DNA of 64,000 nucleotides from contig CBDHCS010000005.1 of the NCBI GenBank assembly GCA_965261125.1, forward strand, positions 4,902 to 68,901, read 5' to 3'. This document shows positions 29,484-39,694 of the stretch, piece by piece; the first letter of the stretch is position 1, and every line of letters begins with the position of its first letter. A program made the position numbers and the translations under genes. The notes under the pieces are model-generated. The model was not told the origin of the DNA, did not search any database, and worked only from the letters and a program-made list of their open reading frames with translations. This DNA is from Candidatus Poribacteria bacterium (GTDB lineage Bacteria; Poribacteria; WGA-4E; WGA-3G).

Positions 29484-31616
29484 TTACCTGAGGATACTAA
29501 ATTTGCCAATTTGTCGGACAACCGAATCTGCTTGCGTTGCAGCGATGTGGTAAATGTAGATACCCGAAGCGAGCGGCACGCCACGAAGGTTTGAACCGTC
29601 CCACTGAAATTTTCCAGGGGCAAGGACATTCTGATGTGTTTTGTTATAGACCTTCTCCCCTTTAATAGTAAAAATTTCAAGGGACACAGTGTCTGCGGAC
29701 TGGGAGGCAGAGAGTTGATACGCAAACGTCATTCCCGATGCTGATGGACGAAAAGGGTTCGGGTAAACACGGATCTGTGCAAGCGCGAAAGATTCGGGTT
29801 CTATCTGTTCGATTAACAACTTGTATGACGCAACACTGCTGAATCTACCGTCGGATGTTACCACAAGATATAACGTCTGTTGAGCAGAAGGTTGGTAAAG
29901 AATTTGGTAGCCGAGTAGATCAGGTGCTTTTTCGCCTATTGCTAACGTCTCTCCTGTCATCGTCAAGAGCGATAAACGGTAATCCAGATTTGCTGGAAAA
30001 TCTGATAGTGTTGCGCGGACTGTTACACCGCCAGCAGCTTCAATTCTATAAGAATCCTGGGTATCCGAAGCGTCGTATAGAAAAGAGTAATAGGGTTGGG
30101 CATAAAAGATTGGGAATGCCGTTCCTATAGTATCATTCGGTTCATAAGTATCACCAAACGAAACGAGCATCTTCATGACTGGGCCTTCAGGGCCAATGTT
30201 AGTTATAGATATACCGGTTGGCGTTCCATCGTTTGCACTACTGTTCGGCAAAGTGCCTGGCGTAAAGGCAGTTTGGTTATCATCTGCAGAGTAGGCTGCG
30301 CCTTCCGTGATGGTTTTGATGTTTATGATGTTCGGATCATCGGGATGAATGCCGAAATGTTCAGGATCATTAGGGTCTTCAAGCCAAATCTGTTGTGCGG
30401 CATCATAACTACGAAGGTCACGCACCTGTGTCTCATCAATGTGCCAAATGAGGATGCCGGATTCAGGCAGATAGGTATCAAAGGTAGCACCGGAGGCTTT
30501 ATATCGGTTTTCTATGAGAAAAAATTCTCTGTTAGTGGTAGCAAGTGCATCCCGGCCCTGTGGAATATCGATTTTAAAAAGTTTATCTGTTTTGGGTGGC
30601 AGTTCGAAAGCTGGAACAGATATCTGGCCACTTTGAGTGATGTTAACAGGCTTAATCCAACCAACGCGACCATTTTCTGGGCGGGCATCAAAATCCCATT
30701 TCAGGTACCCCATGATATGGCTGGGTGCTAATCCGTCCCCTAAACTAAAAACTTCTCGACCTTGATATGGACCGAATGCTCCCATCAATCCCCATTTATG
30801 ATCGCGAGCATCTGTGTAGGTAAACGCGTAGACATCTGGCGCGCCGAAGTCGTGGAAGAATTCGTGAAAGTAGATGCCTAAATGAGGTTTTTCAAAATCT
30901 GGTTCTTCGGCGACAACAACGGCAGTATCAACTCGAACACCGTCTACGATAACGTTGACATCTGGCGTTAAGATTGACCAGATATCATTAACTGCCTTAA
31001 CCGGGTCTATTGCACTGTAGGATGCTTCGTCATTCCCCGCATGAATGAGAAATAGGTGGTCAACGACTCCGTCTTTATCACGATCGTACTTTGAAAAATC
31101 GACGGTTGCATCTACAGCATGGCACGCTTCGGCGATTAGTTCTCGATAACGTTGTACTGGTCCTGGACCTTCAATTTCTCCATAATAACGCATCGGTTTC
31201 TTTGCGCGAATCCATTCGTTGCCTGCGGGCAGAACACCTCCAGCGGGTCCTGGCTGCACATCCATCTGGCCGTAAGAATTTTCGCGAAAGTAGGTTTTTA
31301 GGGAAACACCGGTTTCTGCAAATAGATATTCATTGAATTCAGCGCTGGTTCTTTTGCCCGGTTGATCGCTGAAATCAATTTTCAGGGCGAGGACATATTC
31401 AATACCGTCCGGTTGTAGTACGCTCTGTTCTCTGGCGAAGCAACAGCCATCCAACGCTTGTAAATATTTTGAGACACTGAGTTCAGAATTCTGCCCGGCG
31501 GAAGGTTTCGGCTTCATTTCACCGGTAACCGGATCTATGTCAAAATAGAGATACGGATTAGGCGGAGCAGCAAGACTAAATGTTGTAGCCGTGAGGAGGT
31601 ATCCCACGCAGAGCAT
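29484..31616 (-). CDS. Secreted M6-like (immune-inhibitor-A-type) zinc metalloprotease with a C-terminal beta-sandwich sorting-type domain
   Basis: HEFFHDFGAPDVY zinc-binding motif. Probable signal peptide MLCVGYLLTATTFSLAAP (start 31616; the ORF is open to 31850). The C-terminal about 90 aa resembles T9SS/Por-type secretion domains. Confidence 0.55.
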   Translation of the reverse strand: MLCVGYLLTATTFSLAAPPNPYLYFDIDPVTGEMKPKPSAGQNSELSVSKYLQALDGCCFAREQSVLQPDGIEYVLALKIDFSDQPGKRTSAEFNEYLFAETGVSLKTYFRENSYGQMDVQPGPAGGVLPAGNEWIRAKKPMRYYGEIEGPGPVQRYRELIAEACHAVDATVDFSKYDRDKDGVVDHLFLIHAGNDEASYSAIDPVKAVNDIWSILTPDVNVIVDGVRVDTAVVVAEEPDFEKPHLGIYFHEFFHDFGAPDVYAFTYTDARDHKWGLMGAFGPYQGREVFSLGDGLAPSHIMGYLKWDFDARPENGRVGWIKPVNITQSGQISVPAFELPPKTDKLFKIDIPQGRDALATTNREFFLIENRYKASGATFDTYLPESGILIWHIDETQVRDLRSYDAAQQIWLEDPNDPEHFGIHPDDPNIINIKTITEGAAYSADDNQTAFTPGTLPNSSANDGTPTGISITNIGPEGPVMKMLVSFGDTYEPNDTIGTAFPIFYAQPYYSFLYDASDTQDSYRIEAAGGVTVRATLSDFPANLDYRLSLLTMTGETLAIGEKAPDLLGYQILYQPSAQQTLYLVVTSDGRFSSVASYKLLIEQIEPESFALAQIRVYPNPFRPSASGMTFAYQLSASQSADTVSLEIFTIKGEKVYNKTHQNVLAPGKFQWDGSNLRGVPLASGIYIYHIAATQADSVVRQIGKFSILR

Positions 31617-31635
31617 TATGAATGCAAAAGATCTG

Positions 31636-32955
31636 TTAATCAAATTCACCACCACATTTTCTGCACAAAATGTAGAACTGGATGTCATCAGAATGGGCGT
31701 GTTGTTTAATAAGATCCACTGCTTGGTCCGGCAAATCTGCTTCACATTTTTGGCATTTATAGAGCGAACCTTCGGGTTCAGGAAATTTTCTGATATCGCC
31801 CCAGATGTCATGAAGCCAGTATTTAAATTCCCATGGAAACTCGGTCTCAACAGCTTTAGATATTTCTACTGCATGACGAATTAATTTTTGGCAATCTTCA
31901 AAGGTTGCAGGTTCATACGGGTGAGGTTCTGTGTGGAGGGGAATCGGTTTGCCTTCGGATGCGGTTTCTGGGTTAAACCTGCGCGAACGTGTCAGCAAGA
32001 TTTGGTCTAACCGTGTGCCTGGTTCTCTCCCTTTTGACCAGACGCGGTAATAACCTCGTCTTTTGACGTTAAAATAACCAGGGGTTGACTTCCCCAGTGG
32101 GTGTGTTGAAGTATCCCATAGCCAACGGTTCCATTTGGAATCGTCGCCAGGAACTGCCCAAATTTTGATTGCATTCGGCCCACCTTGTTCATCCCAAGGA
32201 TAAGGTTCTACATCTTCAATGCCGACCCAGTAAGAGTCTTGGCTGCCCGATTTATAATAGGTGCGAATCCATACGTACCACTTACCAGTTTTTGGGATGT
32301 AAACTTCATAAATACTGCGAGCCCCTCTGGCACTGTCGATGGCTTTGCCGTTAGAGGCTTCTGCCTCATCTACAATTTTTACACCGTTATCAAAATGTAT
32401 TGCAGTTTCTGCTTCAATAATAAGCGTATTTCTTGGAACACGGATCAATTCCTGTCTTGTATTTTTCTCTTCTCGCTCAGTTTCTTCTTTTTCTTCTTCT
32501 TCTGGCAGTGCTTGTTCTGGTTCAGTATAACTATTTCCGAACCGTTGACATGCGCGTTCAAACTGTTTTTCGGAAAGGTTTGCATCGTAAAAGCAATCCC
32601 GGACTCCTTTCTTCCAGAGGTCCAGAAGCAGAAACATAGCTTTTAGATTCCCATCAGGTCGTTTACGGGTGCCGACAACAATCAGCATACCGGTATCTCG
32701 TGAACGACTGACAAGACACAGATGGAGTGGATATTCAGGTGGTGCAACTTTTCGGCTTTTTACGATAAGCGGACTATAATATTTACAGCGATGGTCACAT
32801 CCGGGTATTTTTGCCCGTTTAGCACTACAACATTCTGGGCAAATGATCATGCTGCTGAGAGCAGGACATGTACGCTTACCATTACCGGAACGGCATGTAC
32901 GGCATCTGTGTTGTTTGGTACGTTTTTGTCTGGTAGAAAATCTCTGATGGCGCAT
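31636..32955 (-). CDS. Hypothetical protein with Cys clusters at both termini (zinc-ribbon-like) and an acidic linker
   Basis: 439 aa. N-terminal CRTC...CPEC...CDHRC and C-terminal CQKC...CRKCGGEFD. No family recognised. Confidence 0.45.
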   Translation of the reverse strand: MRHQRFSTRQKRTKQHRCRTCRSGNGKRTCPALSSMIICPECCSAKRAKIPGCDHRCKYYSPLIVKSRKVAPPEYPLHLCLVSRSRDTGMLIVVGTRKRPDGNLKAMFLLLDLWKKGVRDCFYDANLSEKQFERACQRFGNSYTEPEQALPEEEEKEETEREEKNTRQELIRVPRNTLIIEAETAIHFDNGVKIVDEAEASNGKAIDSARGARSIYEVYIPKTGKWYVWIRTYYKSGSQDSYWVGIEDVEPYPWDEQGGPNAIKIWAVPGDDSKWNRWLWDTSTHPLGKSTPGYFNVKRRGYYRVWSKGREPGTRLDQILLTRSRRFNPETASEGKPIPLHTEPHPYEPATFEDCQKLIRHAVEISKAVETEFPWEFKYWLHDIWGDIRKFPEPEGSLYKCQKCEADLPDQAVDLIKQHAHSDDIQFYILCRKCGGEFD

Positions 32956-33029
32956 AGTTTTTTGTGTAAATTAGGCAGTTGTCCTGTCTGAATCGTTATG
33001 GTAAATTATGTAAATAAGTTTACATATAT

Positions 33030-33310
33030 TCTGTAGGAGCGATCTCCGAATCGCGACAAAACGAATAATAGTCGGGAATCCAAATCAACGGTATGGATGC
33101 CTTTTGGCATTCCCCGGAGTTCCCATCTACATCTCAGATGTCCAGTTAATTGTAGAATCCATTATAATTATCTGAACCAAGATGGACAAGATTATAGGAT
33201 TTTCAGGATGAGTCCAATCCTATGCGGAGACTCCAATCCTGACCATCTTGTCCTCCCGGGGAATGCCTAAATGGCATTCCCCGTATGGTATTCTGCATTG
33301 GTTAGGAAAC
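33030..33310. repeat. Family-C partial copy followed by a divergent family-D copy
   Basis: CTGTAGGAGCGATCTCCGAATCGCGAC, then a region with GGAATGCCnnnnGGCATTCC palindromes and a terminal GGTTAGGAAACCG hairpin. Confidence 0.55.
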
Positions 33311-33394
33311 CGTACCTACCGTCGTATATAAATAATTATAGATTTTACTATAAACAAAACTGTTAACTGATCAGTTAACAAGACGTTCTGCGAT

Positions 33395-35740
33395 TTATTC
33401 GGTATCTACATCTACATCCACATGCACATCGGGCGCATCACTTGGGCGGTTAACCAGATCAGCGAGATATTCTGCGATCTTGTCTGCGATTTGTCCGGCA
33501 TCCACATCGGCAAAGTTAAAGAGTTCCTTGAGCATCGGTGAAATTGCACCTGTGTCAAGCAACGTATTCGCAAACCGTCCCATGCTGCTTCGGTTGATAC
33601 CGCCTTTGCCATCATTATTGCCCATATCAAGAATTTTGATGCTGTCAATTTGCTCTACAGGACGCATCATTTGTTCAACAATGTCTGGAGCTTCTTCAAT
33701 TAATTCTAAGATTGCTTCTTGAACAAGGACACGTTGTTCAGCAACGTTGCGGGCTTCATATTCCGCCATTTCACCTTGTGCTTTGGCTCGTGCTTCCGAC
33801 AACACCGCATCAGCGAGACGTTCAATCGGCTGTGCTTGTGCTTCGGCACCGAGGATTGCAACGTCACGTTGCCATTCCGCACCTTTTATCTGTTCGGTGG
33901 CAGTAACATTGACTTCCGCCCCCATGCGTTCTGCTTCAGCCTCTAACTGTTCTTTCTCTGCAAGTGCGGTAAGCTGCTGTTTGTTGGCAACATCAATCTT
34001 CCTATCTTCGTCAGTAAGTGCGACGCGTAATTCTTGACCGATACGTGCCTGCTCCACCGTCAACATTTTATTAATTTCAGTAAGTTCCACCTGTTTGTTT
34101 TGGTCAATTTGTGCGGTTTCAACAACAAGGTTTTTCTCAATCTCGCGCTGTTGCACCTGCTGTTCTTGTGCGAACTTGGCTGTCTGCACAGTCAACTCAC
34201 GTTCAACATCTCGCAATTCAACACCCTCTTCCTGAACAATACGGGCTTTTTCTACGAAGAGTTGTTTCTCAAACTCACGTTCTTGTACCTGTTGTTCTTG
34301 GCTTATTTTATTGACTTCAACGGCTAACGTCTTGGCGATCTCAGTAAGTTCCACCTGTTTGTTTTGGTCAATTTGTGCGGTTTCAACAACAAGGTTTTTC
34401 TCAATCTCGCGCTGTTGCACCTGTTGTTCTTGGGCGAATTTCGCAGTTTGCACAATTAAGTCTCGCTCAACATCTCGCAATTGGACACCCTCTTCCTGAG
34501 CGATGCGCGCTTTTTCTACCATGAGCTGCTTCTCTATCTCGCGAACTTCAATTGTCTGTTCCTGTTCAATTTTCTCCATTTGCACAGTGAGATGTTGTGC
34601 AATTTCAGCAAGCTGAACAACTTTGGTTTGGTCAATTTGTGCGGTTTCAACGACGAGGTTTTTCTCAATCTCGCGCTGTTGTACTTGTTGTTCTTGGGCG
34701 AATGTCGCAGTTTGAACTTCTAATTCTAACTCAACTTCTCGTAATTGGACACCCTCTTCTTGAGAAATACGGGCGCGTTCAACCTCCAACTTCATTTCAT
34801 ATTCACGTTCTTGGACGCTCTGTTCCATCTCAAATTGGAACTTTATGGTTTCAGCTTCACGTTCTGCAGCATAAATAGCGATATTTTTCTGTTGATCAGA
34901 TTCTGCCCATGCTTGCTCTTGTTCTGCTTCAAGTATCTGAATACGTGCCTCAACATTAATTTGTTCGATGGCAACTTCTTTTGCTTTAATGGCAGCTTCT
35001 TTATCTCGCTCTTGTTCGGCAGTGATTTCAGTAATTTCTCGGATACCGACAGCGTCAAATCGGTTGTCGGGATTGAGCGTTTCAATGGGAGTTTGATCAA
35101 CCTGGATAATGGAAACGGTATCAAGTGTCAATCCATTATGGAGTCTCAGGTTTTCTCCGCAAGCATCCTGAACGTTCTCAGCGAATTCAAGACGTTTCTG
35201 TAGCAGGTTTTGAATTTCGCTTTCGGCAGCAACGCTTCTTAACGCACCATCCAACATCGGTTCAATTAATTCACGGATAGTTTCTGGTGTCATGGATTTA
35301 TCGCCGAGGGCTTGGGCAGCTTTTAAGATTTCATCATCATCAGGATTAACTTTAATATAGAAAACGACTTCAACGTCAGCGCGGTTGAAGTCGTTGGTAA
35401 TCAAGGAATCAGAGGCTTCGCGAACCACCTCAATTCGCATGGTATTCAGAGAGATCTCTTTGATTTCATGGATAATGGTGTTAACCCAGAGACCACCCGT
35501 AATACGAATCTTTTCCCTTGCACCACCTGTTCTGACCAATGCTACATCTGCTTTCGGTATCCTATAGCGGATAACAGAGCCTATAAAAGCAGCCAACCCC
35601 CCAATGAATACAACTGCTATAACACCCATCCAGCGCAGAACGTTAGTTTGGTTTTCAGCATCAATTAGTCGATCATAAGCGAAATACCCAATAACACTTA
35701 CAACAACAATTAAAAAAATAACAGCCAGAATAAGACGCAT
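33395..35740 (-). CDS. Flotillin / SPFH (band-7) family membrane protein with a very long coiled-coil region
   Basis: 781 aa. N-terminal TM plus SPFH domain, then a Q/E-rich coiled coil made of 88-aa repeats. Confidence 0.75.
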   Translation of the reverse strand: MRLILAVIFLIVVVSVIGYFAYDRLIDAENQTNVLRWMGVIAVVFIGGLAAFIGSVIRYRIPKADVALVRTGGAREKIRITGGLWVNTIIHEIKEISLNTMRIEVVREASDSLITNDFNRADVEVVFYIKVNPDDDEILKAAQALGDKSMTPETIRELIEPMLDGALRSVAAESEIQNLLQKRLEFAENVQDACGENLRLHNGLTLDTVSIIQVDQTPIETLNPDNRFDAVGIREITEITAEQERDKEAAIKAKEVAIEQINVEARIQILEAEQEQAWAESDQQKNIAIYAAEREAETIKFQFEMEQSVQEREYEMKLEVERARISQEEGVQLREVELELEVQTATFAQEQQVQQREIEKNLVVETAQIDQTKVVQLAEIAQHLTVQMEKIEQEQTIEVREIEKQLMVEKARIAQEEGVQLRDVERDLIVQTAKFAQEQQVQQREIEKNLVVETAQIDQNKQVELTEIAKTLAVEVNKISQEQQVQEREFEKQLFVEKARIVQEEGVELRDVERELTVQTAKFAQEQQVQQREIEKNLVVETAQIDQNKQVELTEINKMLTVEQARIGQELRVALTDEDRKIDVANKQQLTALAEKEQLEAEAERMGAEVNVTATEQIKGAEWQRDVAILGAEAQAQPIERLADAVLSEARAKAQGEMAEYEARNVAEQRVLVQEAILELIEEAPDIVEQMMRPVEQIDSIKILDMGNNDGKGGINRSSMGRFANTLLDTGAISPMLKELFNFADVDAGQIADKIAEYLADLVNRPSDAPDVHVDVDVDTE
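34077..34790. repeat. Intragenic tandem repeat, about 264 bp x about 2.7 copies, inside the flotillin gene
   Basis: Near-identical DNA copies start at 34077, 34341 and about 34600. They encode ETAQIDQ...QQREIEKNLVV units. Confidence 0.8.
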
Positions 35741-35780
35741 TAATTTCTCCTATTATAAACATCACTTTCAGAAATTGTTT

Positions 35781-37196
35781 CTATTGGAAGATTATGTCAC
35801 TGTTTTCGTGTGTCCTATAACGTCCCTTGAGTGGTTGGCGTGGAGAGGTTTGCCATGCGAGACTTGCAAGATAACAGAGTGTATTTTCAATTAAAGGTTT
35901 AGCGACAGCGGTTTTATGGGCATCCCGTGTATCTACGGCAAAACCGACGTAGTATCCGTCCCCCCACTGTAACTGGATGCCGATTGGACCGCCATTGTCT
36001 TCTCTAACAACCAACTTTCGATAACTTGGGTCATTGGTAACCCAATGGTCATCCGTCACCAAATTATCAACATTGATCTTATGGGGCCATGTAAACATAC
36101 CCGTTTTTTGACCGTCTTCGGTAATCGTCACATTGGCATCTCCAGCCTCAACGACATCAATAGGATGGCGTTCCACAGGTAGCCAGTCGCCACGCCATGC
36201 GGATTCAGATGCGTGGACACCATCAGGTGGTACGATATTGTTATCCATAGCGGATGTCCACACAACACCGCCTTTTCTAACGAAGTCTTTGATCGCATCG
36301 TCAGCGTCTTCAACAAAATACTCTCCGTCATGCCCCGTGGCAAACCAAGTGAACCAAATAATATCATAATTGGTGAGTGTAACGTTAGAGAGTTTTACGG
36401 CATTATTTGGGTCGCCTCGGTTATCAGGGTTATCGTTAATATGGACTGTTGTATATTGAAATTCTAAACCTTCAAGCGTCGTGAGAGATTGCAAAACGGC
36501 AGGTTCGCCTGTCATATTATCACCTACAACAATTAGCACGCGGAAGACACCTAACGGCACAATCTTTATAGATGACATGATGTCGGAAAACGATTGTGAG
36601 TGTGGCAAGTCACGAAGATTTCTTATTGATTTCTTGAATTCCCGAGAGTTTAAGTCTAAGTTGATCCTCCGTCCTTCGAAATTCACATGTTCGTAGAAGC
36701 TGATATGGCATCCACTAAAAGGGAAATTCGGACCGCGCTGAATACGAACAGAAGAGATCATATCGTTCATGCCGATTTCGAATATTGAACTGATATCACG
36801 CATGATAAGACTCCGCTGCCCGCTGAAATCCACATCGCGAAATACCTCTATGATAACAGGGACTGCCCCATACACCGGCGGGGTCGGATGCGCAGCTGGA
36901 CTAAAACTTATAGATGTAATTGCATCACCAAAATTGTAAGGTATCTCATGGATGTTTGGATAGAATCCTGGTGCTAAAACCAATCGCCTTCCTTTATAAT
37001 TAGCATGTTCATGAAAAATTGCCTTGTAGTTCGGAGACGCAGTGAAACCAGGTCCTTGGTATATCTTAATAGAAGATATTATATCCTGGACACCTATTTC
37101 GGTTGTATTCGGGATGGATTCTACGAGGGTTATCTTGCGTCCTTGATAATTAACGTGCTCAAAGACTTCAACGACTAACCTCGGTGTGCTTGCCAT
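35781..37196 (-). CDS. Protein with four N-terminal beta/gamma-crystallin-like Greek-key repeats and an uncharacterised C-terminal domain
   Basis: Repeats FEHVNYQGRKITL / FHEHANYKGRRLVL / FRDVDFSGQRSLIM / FYEHVNFEGRRINL. Lies immediately upstream of flotillin on the same strand. Confidence 0.45.
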   Translation of the reverse strand: MASTPRLVVEVFEHVNYQGRKITLVESIPNTTEIGVQDIISSIKIYQGPGFTASPNYKAIFHEHANYKGRRLVLAPGFYPNIHEIPYNFGDAITSISFSPAAHPTPPVYGAVPVIIEVFRDVDFSGQRSLIMRDISSIFEIGMNDMISSVRIQRGPNFPFSGCHISFYEHVNFEGRRINLDLNSREFKKSIRNLRDLPHSQSFSDIMSSIKIVPLGVFRVLIVVGDNMTGEPAVLQSLTTLEGLEFQYTTVHINDNPDNRGDPNNAVKLSNVTLTNYDIIWFTWFATGHDGEYFVEDADDAIKDFVRKGGVVWTSAMDNNIVPPDGVHASESAWRGDWLPVERHPIDVVEAGDANVTITEDGQKTGMFTWPHKINVDNLVTDDHWVTNDPSYRKLVVREDNGGPIGIQLQWGDGYYVGFAVDTRDAHKTAVAKPLIENTLCYLASLAWQTSPRQPLKGRYRTHENSDIIFQ

Positions 37197-37388
37197 TTAT
37201 CTCCCCTTCGCTGAAGGTCATTATGTCTATTTTAGTTTGATAATTTATTATATCATTGAATTAAAGGGGTTGTCAAGGTAAAAGAAGGCAAATGTTACTT
37301 TTTGTCCTTGACACCTCAAAAAAAATATGATAGGTTTTTATAGTGAACTTGATAAACTTGTTTTGGAACATTACGGACAAGAGAAGTT

Positions 37389-37583
37389 GTAGCATAACCT
37401 GTTAGGTTGTGCATATTAGTCCGCAACCTAAATGAAGATTAAGAAAATATTTCGGTAATTTGGCGAGGTTAGGAAACCTCGCCAGCGGGGGAGTACACCT
37501 GCCTCGTACAGATAGAAAATTACCGAATTTATAAATTAATCTTCATACAGGTTGCGGTACAGAAGTGTCCCATTAATTATAGG
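37389..37583. repeat. Family-D composite MITE, copy 5 (reverse orientation)
   Basis: Same modules as 11860 and 24444. The element creates an artificial 5' extension of the downstream ORF (37552). Confidence 0.7.
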
Positions 37584-37661
37584 TTTTATTATAATTTCTA
37601 CTGAGCCATTCGTGACCTCATATTTCGACAAACCTGTTACTCAAAGATTGAGGGTAACACC

Positions 37662-38535
37662 GATGCGCAATAACAAAATTTTCGTTTTATGTTGCTTTAT
37701 GTGTATCAGCGCGATCCTGGTCTACCTTCTCATAAGGATAGAAGAAGCTGATCGGGAAGAGAAAGCTGCCTTGATACCGATTGAACTTCCGTATACTTGG
37801 GTGGGCAATATTAGCAAAACACCCATCACTGAACCGTCCGGTGTAACCTATCACCCAGGACGAAAGACGTTGTTCGTTGTAGATGATGAGGGACATATTC
37901 ATGAAATTCGACCAGATGGTACGGTTATCCAAACGAAGGCGTTACAAGCACGCGACCTTGAAGGAATTACGATTAATCCGATAACGGGATGGCTTTACGC
38001 AGCCGTTGAGGATGACGAAACCATTTTGGAAATTAATCCGCAGACACTTACAATCCTTCGGGAATTTAAAATCAATCGTACTTTTGAGGGGAAACCACTC
38101 CTAAAAAAGGGGGGTATGGGAATAGAGGCAATAACCTTTGTTCCGGACGTATTACACCCGGAGGGCGGAACCTTTTGGATTGGTAATCAATCATTTAGCC
38201 GCAAACCTGGCGGGGAACCCTCTATTATATGTGAGGTCGTTGTACCGCTTCTCACTTCTAACGCAACAGAGGCTGAAGGCACTATTATTCGTTTTTTTGA
38301 GATGAATCTTTTGGATATTTCTGGACTTGCCTACAATGCAAAAGCAGATTCTCTTGTGCTAATCAGTGATACAACAAACCTTTTGGTAGAACTCAAACGA
38401 GATGGTACACACCTTCAGCGCTACCTATTGCCGGGTGATGATCAGGAAGGGATAACATTAGATGGACTCGGTTATATGTATATTGCGCAGGAAAATGGGC
38501 AAATCATTAAGTTGGCTGATAGAAGGCTTCGTTGA
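37662..38535 (+). CDS. Membrane-anchored SdiA-regulated / phytase-like beta-propeller family protein
   Basis: Start MRNNKIFVLCCFMCISAILVYLL (TM). Then YHPGRKTLFVVDDEGHIHEI..., typical of the SdiA-regulated family. Confidence 0.5.
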
Positions 38536-38551
38536 AGAGAAATCGCTATAT

Positions 38552-38755
38552 TCACTCGGAATCTTGAAGTCGGAGCACGACGACTCCCGGCATCAAATCT
38601 AAAATAGGGTTAAGCGAAGCATATTGTTCAGCAGTGTATCCACAATCTATTCGCCATAACACCTGAACATTACCCTCATCGTAGATAACACCGGTGGCAA
38701 GTTTATTCCCTTCGGCATCTTCTAACTGAAAACTTCTGCGGCGTTTTGTGTCCAT
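38552..38755 (-). CDS. Small hypothetical protein (67 aa)
   Basis: ORF only. Confidence 0.2.
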   Translation of the reverse strand: MDTKRRRSFQLEDAEGNKLATGVIYDEGNVQVLWRIDCGYTAEQYASLNPILDLMPGVVVLRLQDSE

Positions 38756-38811
38756 AGCAGGACCCTCTGAATTCAGAACTTCTAAAAGCCAATTGTTTTA
38801 TAATATACACA

Positions 38812-39651
38812 TCAAAGTTCAACAAAATCGGCATCTACGTGATGAGAGATTACGCCGGCTTCATGGCCACGGTTGAGCAATTCCTGCACCGCTTTTCTGC
38901 CGCTTTCTCCATAATCCAAAGTATAATCATTAACATACATGCCAACGAACTTATCCGCGAGATCGGTTTCCATGTCTCGTGCATAAGTCATCGCATATTC
39001 AAGCCCGCGCTCCCGATGTTCAAGTGAATATTGAATACTCTGTTTTAACAAAGAGGTAATAGCGTGAATTTTCTCGTCACCAAGATTGCGGCGGATAACA
39101 TTTGCGCCAAGAGGGAGTGGCAATCCGGTTTCTTCGTGCCACCATTCCCCTAAATCAACTATTTTGTGTAGCCCTTCCCGTGCGTAAGTCAGTTGTCCTT
39201 CATGAATAATGAGTCCTGCGTCAACTTCACCTTGTTGGACAGCCGCAATAATCTTGTCAAAGCGGTACGTTTTTGTTTCAACCTGGGGCTGGTAAAGTTT
39301 CGTTGTGAGATATGCAGTCGTCATCTCTCCCGGTATTGCGATACGTTTGCCGGTGAGGGTTTTCATTGGTGTTTTGGAAACGATTAGAGGACCGTACTTA
39401 TCCCCAATGCTTGCCCCACAGGGCATAAGTGCGTAATTATCTGCAACATACGCATAGGCATGAACGGAAATCGCTGTAACTTCAAGTTCAGCTGCGAGTG
39501 CACGTTTGTTCAAGGTCTCAATGTCTTCTATAACGTGAACAATTTCAAACGGTTCGGTGGCAATAAGCCCTTTTGCGAGGGCATAAAACATGAAAGCATC
39601 ATCAGAATCAGGGCTATGCCCAATCCTAATTTTTTCAGTCTCTGGCATCAA
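38812..39651 (-). CDS. Futalosine-pathway menaquinone biosynthesis protein, MqnA/MqnD family
   Basis: 279 aa. IGHSPDSDDAFMFYAL N-terminal signature of the MqnA/MqnD periplasmic-binding-like fold. Confidence 0.65.
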   Translation of the reverse strand: MMPETEKIRIGHSPDSDDAFMFYALAKGLIATEPFEIVHVIEDIETLNKRALAAELEVTAISVHAYAYVADNYALMPCGASIGDKYGPLIVSKTPMKTLTGKRIAIPGEMTTAYLTTKLYQPQVETKTYRFDKIIAAVQQGEVDAGLIIHEGQLTYAREGLHKIVDLGEWWHEETGLPLPLGANVIRRNLGDEKIHAITSLLKQSIQYSLEHRERGLEYAMTYARDMETDLADKFVGMYVNDYTLDYGESGRKAVQELLNRGHEAGVISHHVDADFVEL

Positions 39652-39694
39652 ATGTTCCTTTCTAACATTGTTGTTTCCGTATGTTTATGTTATC

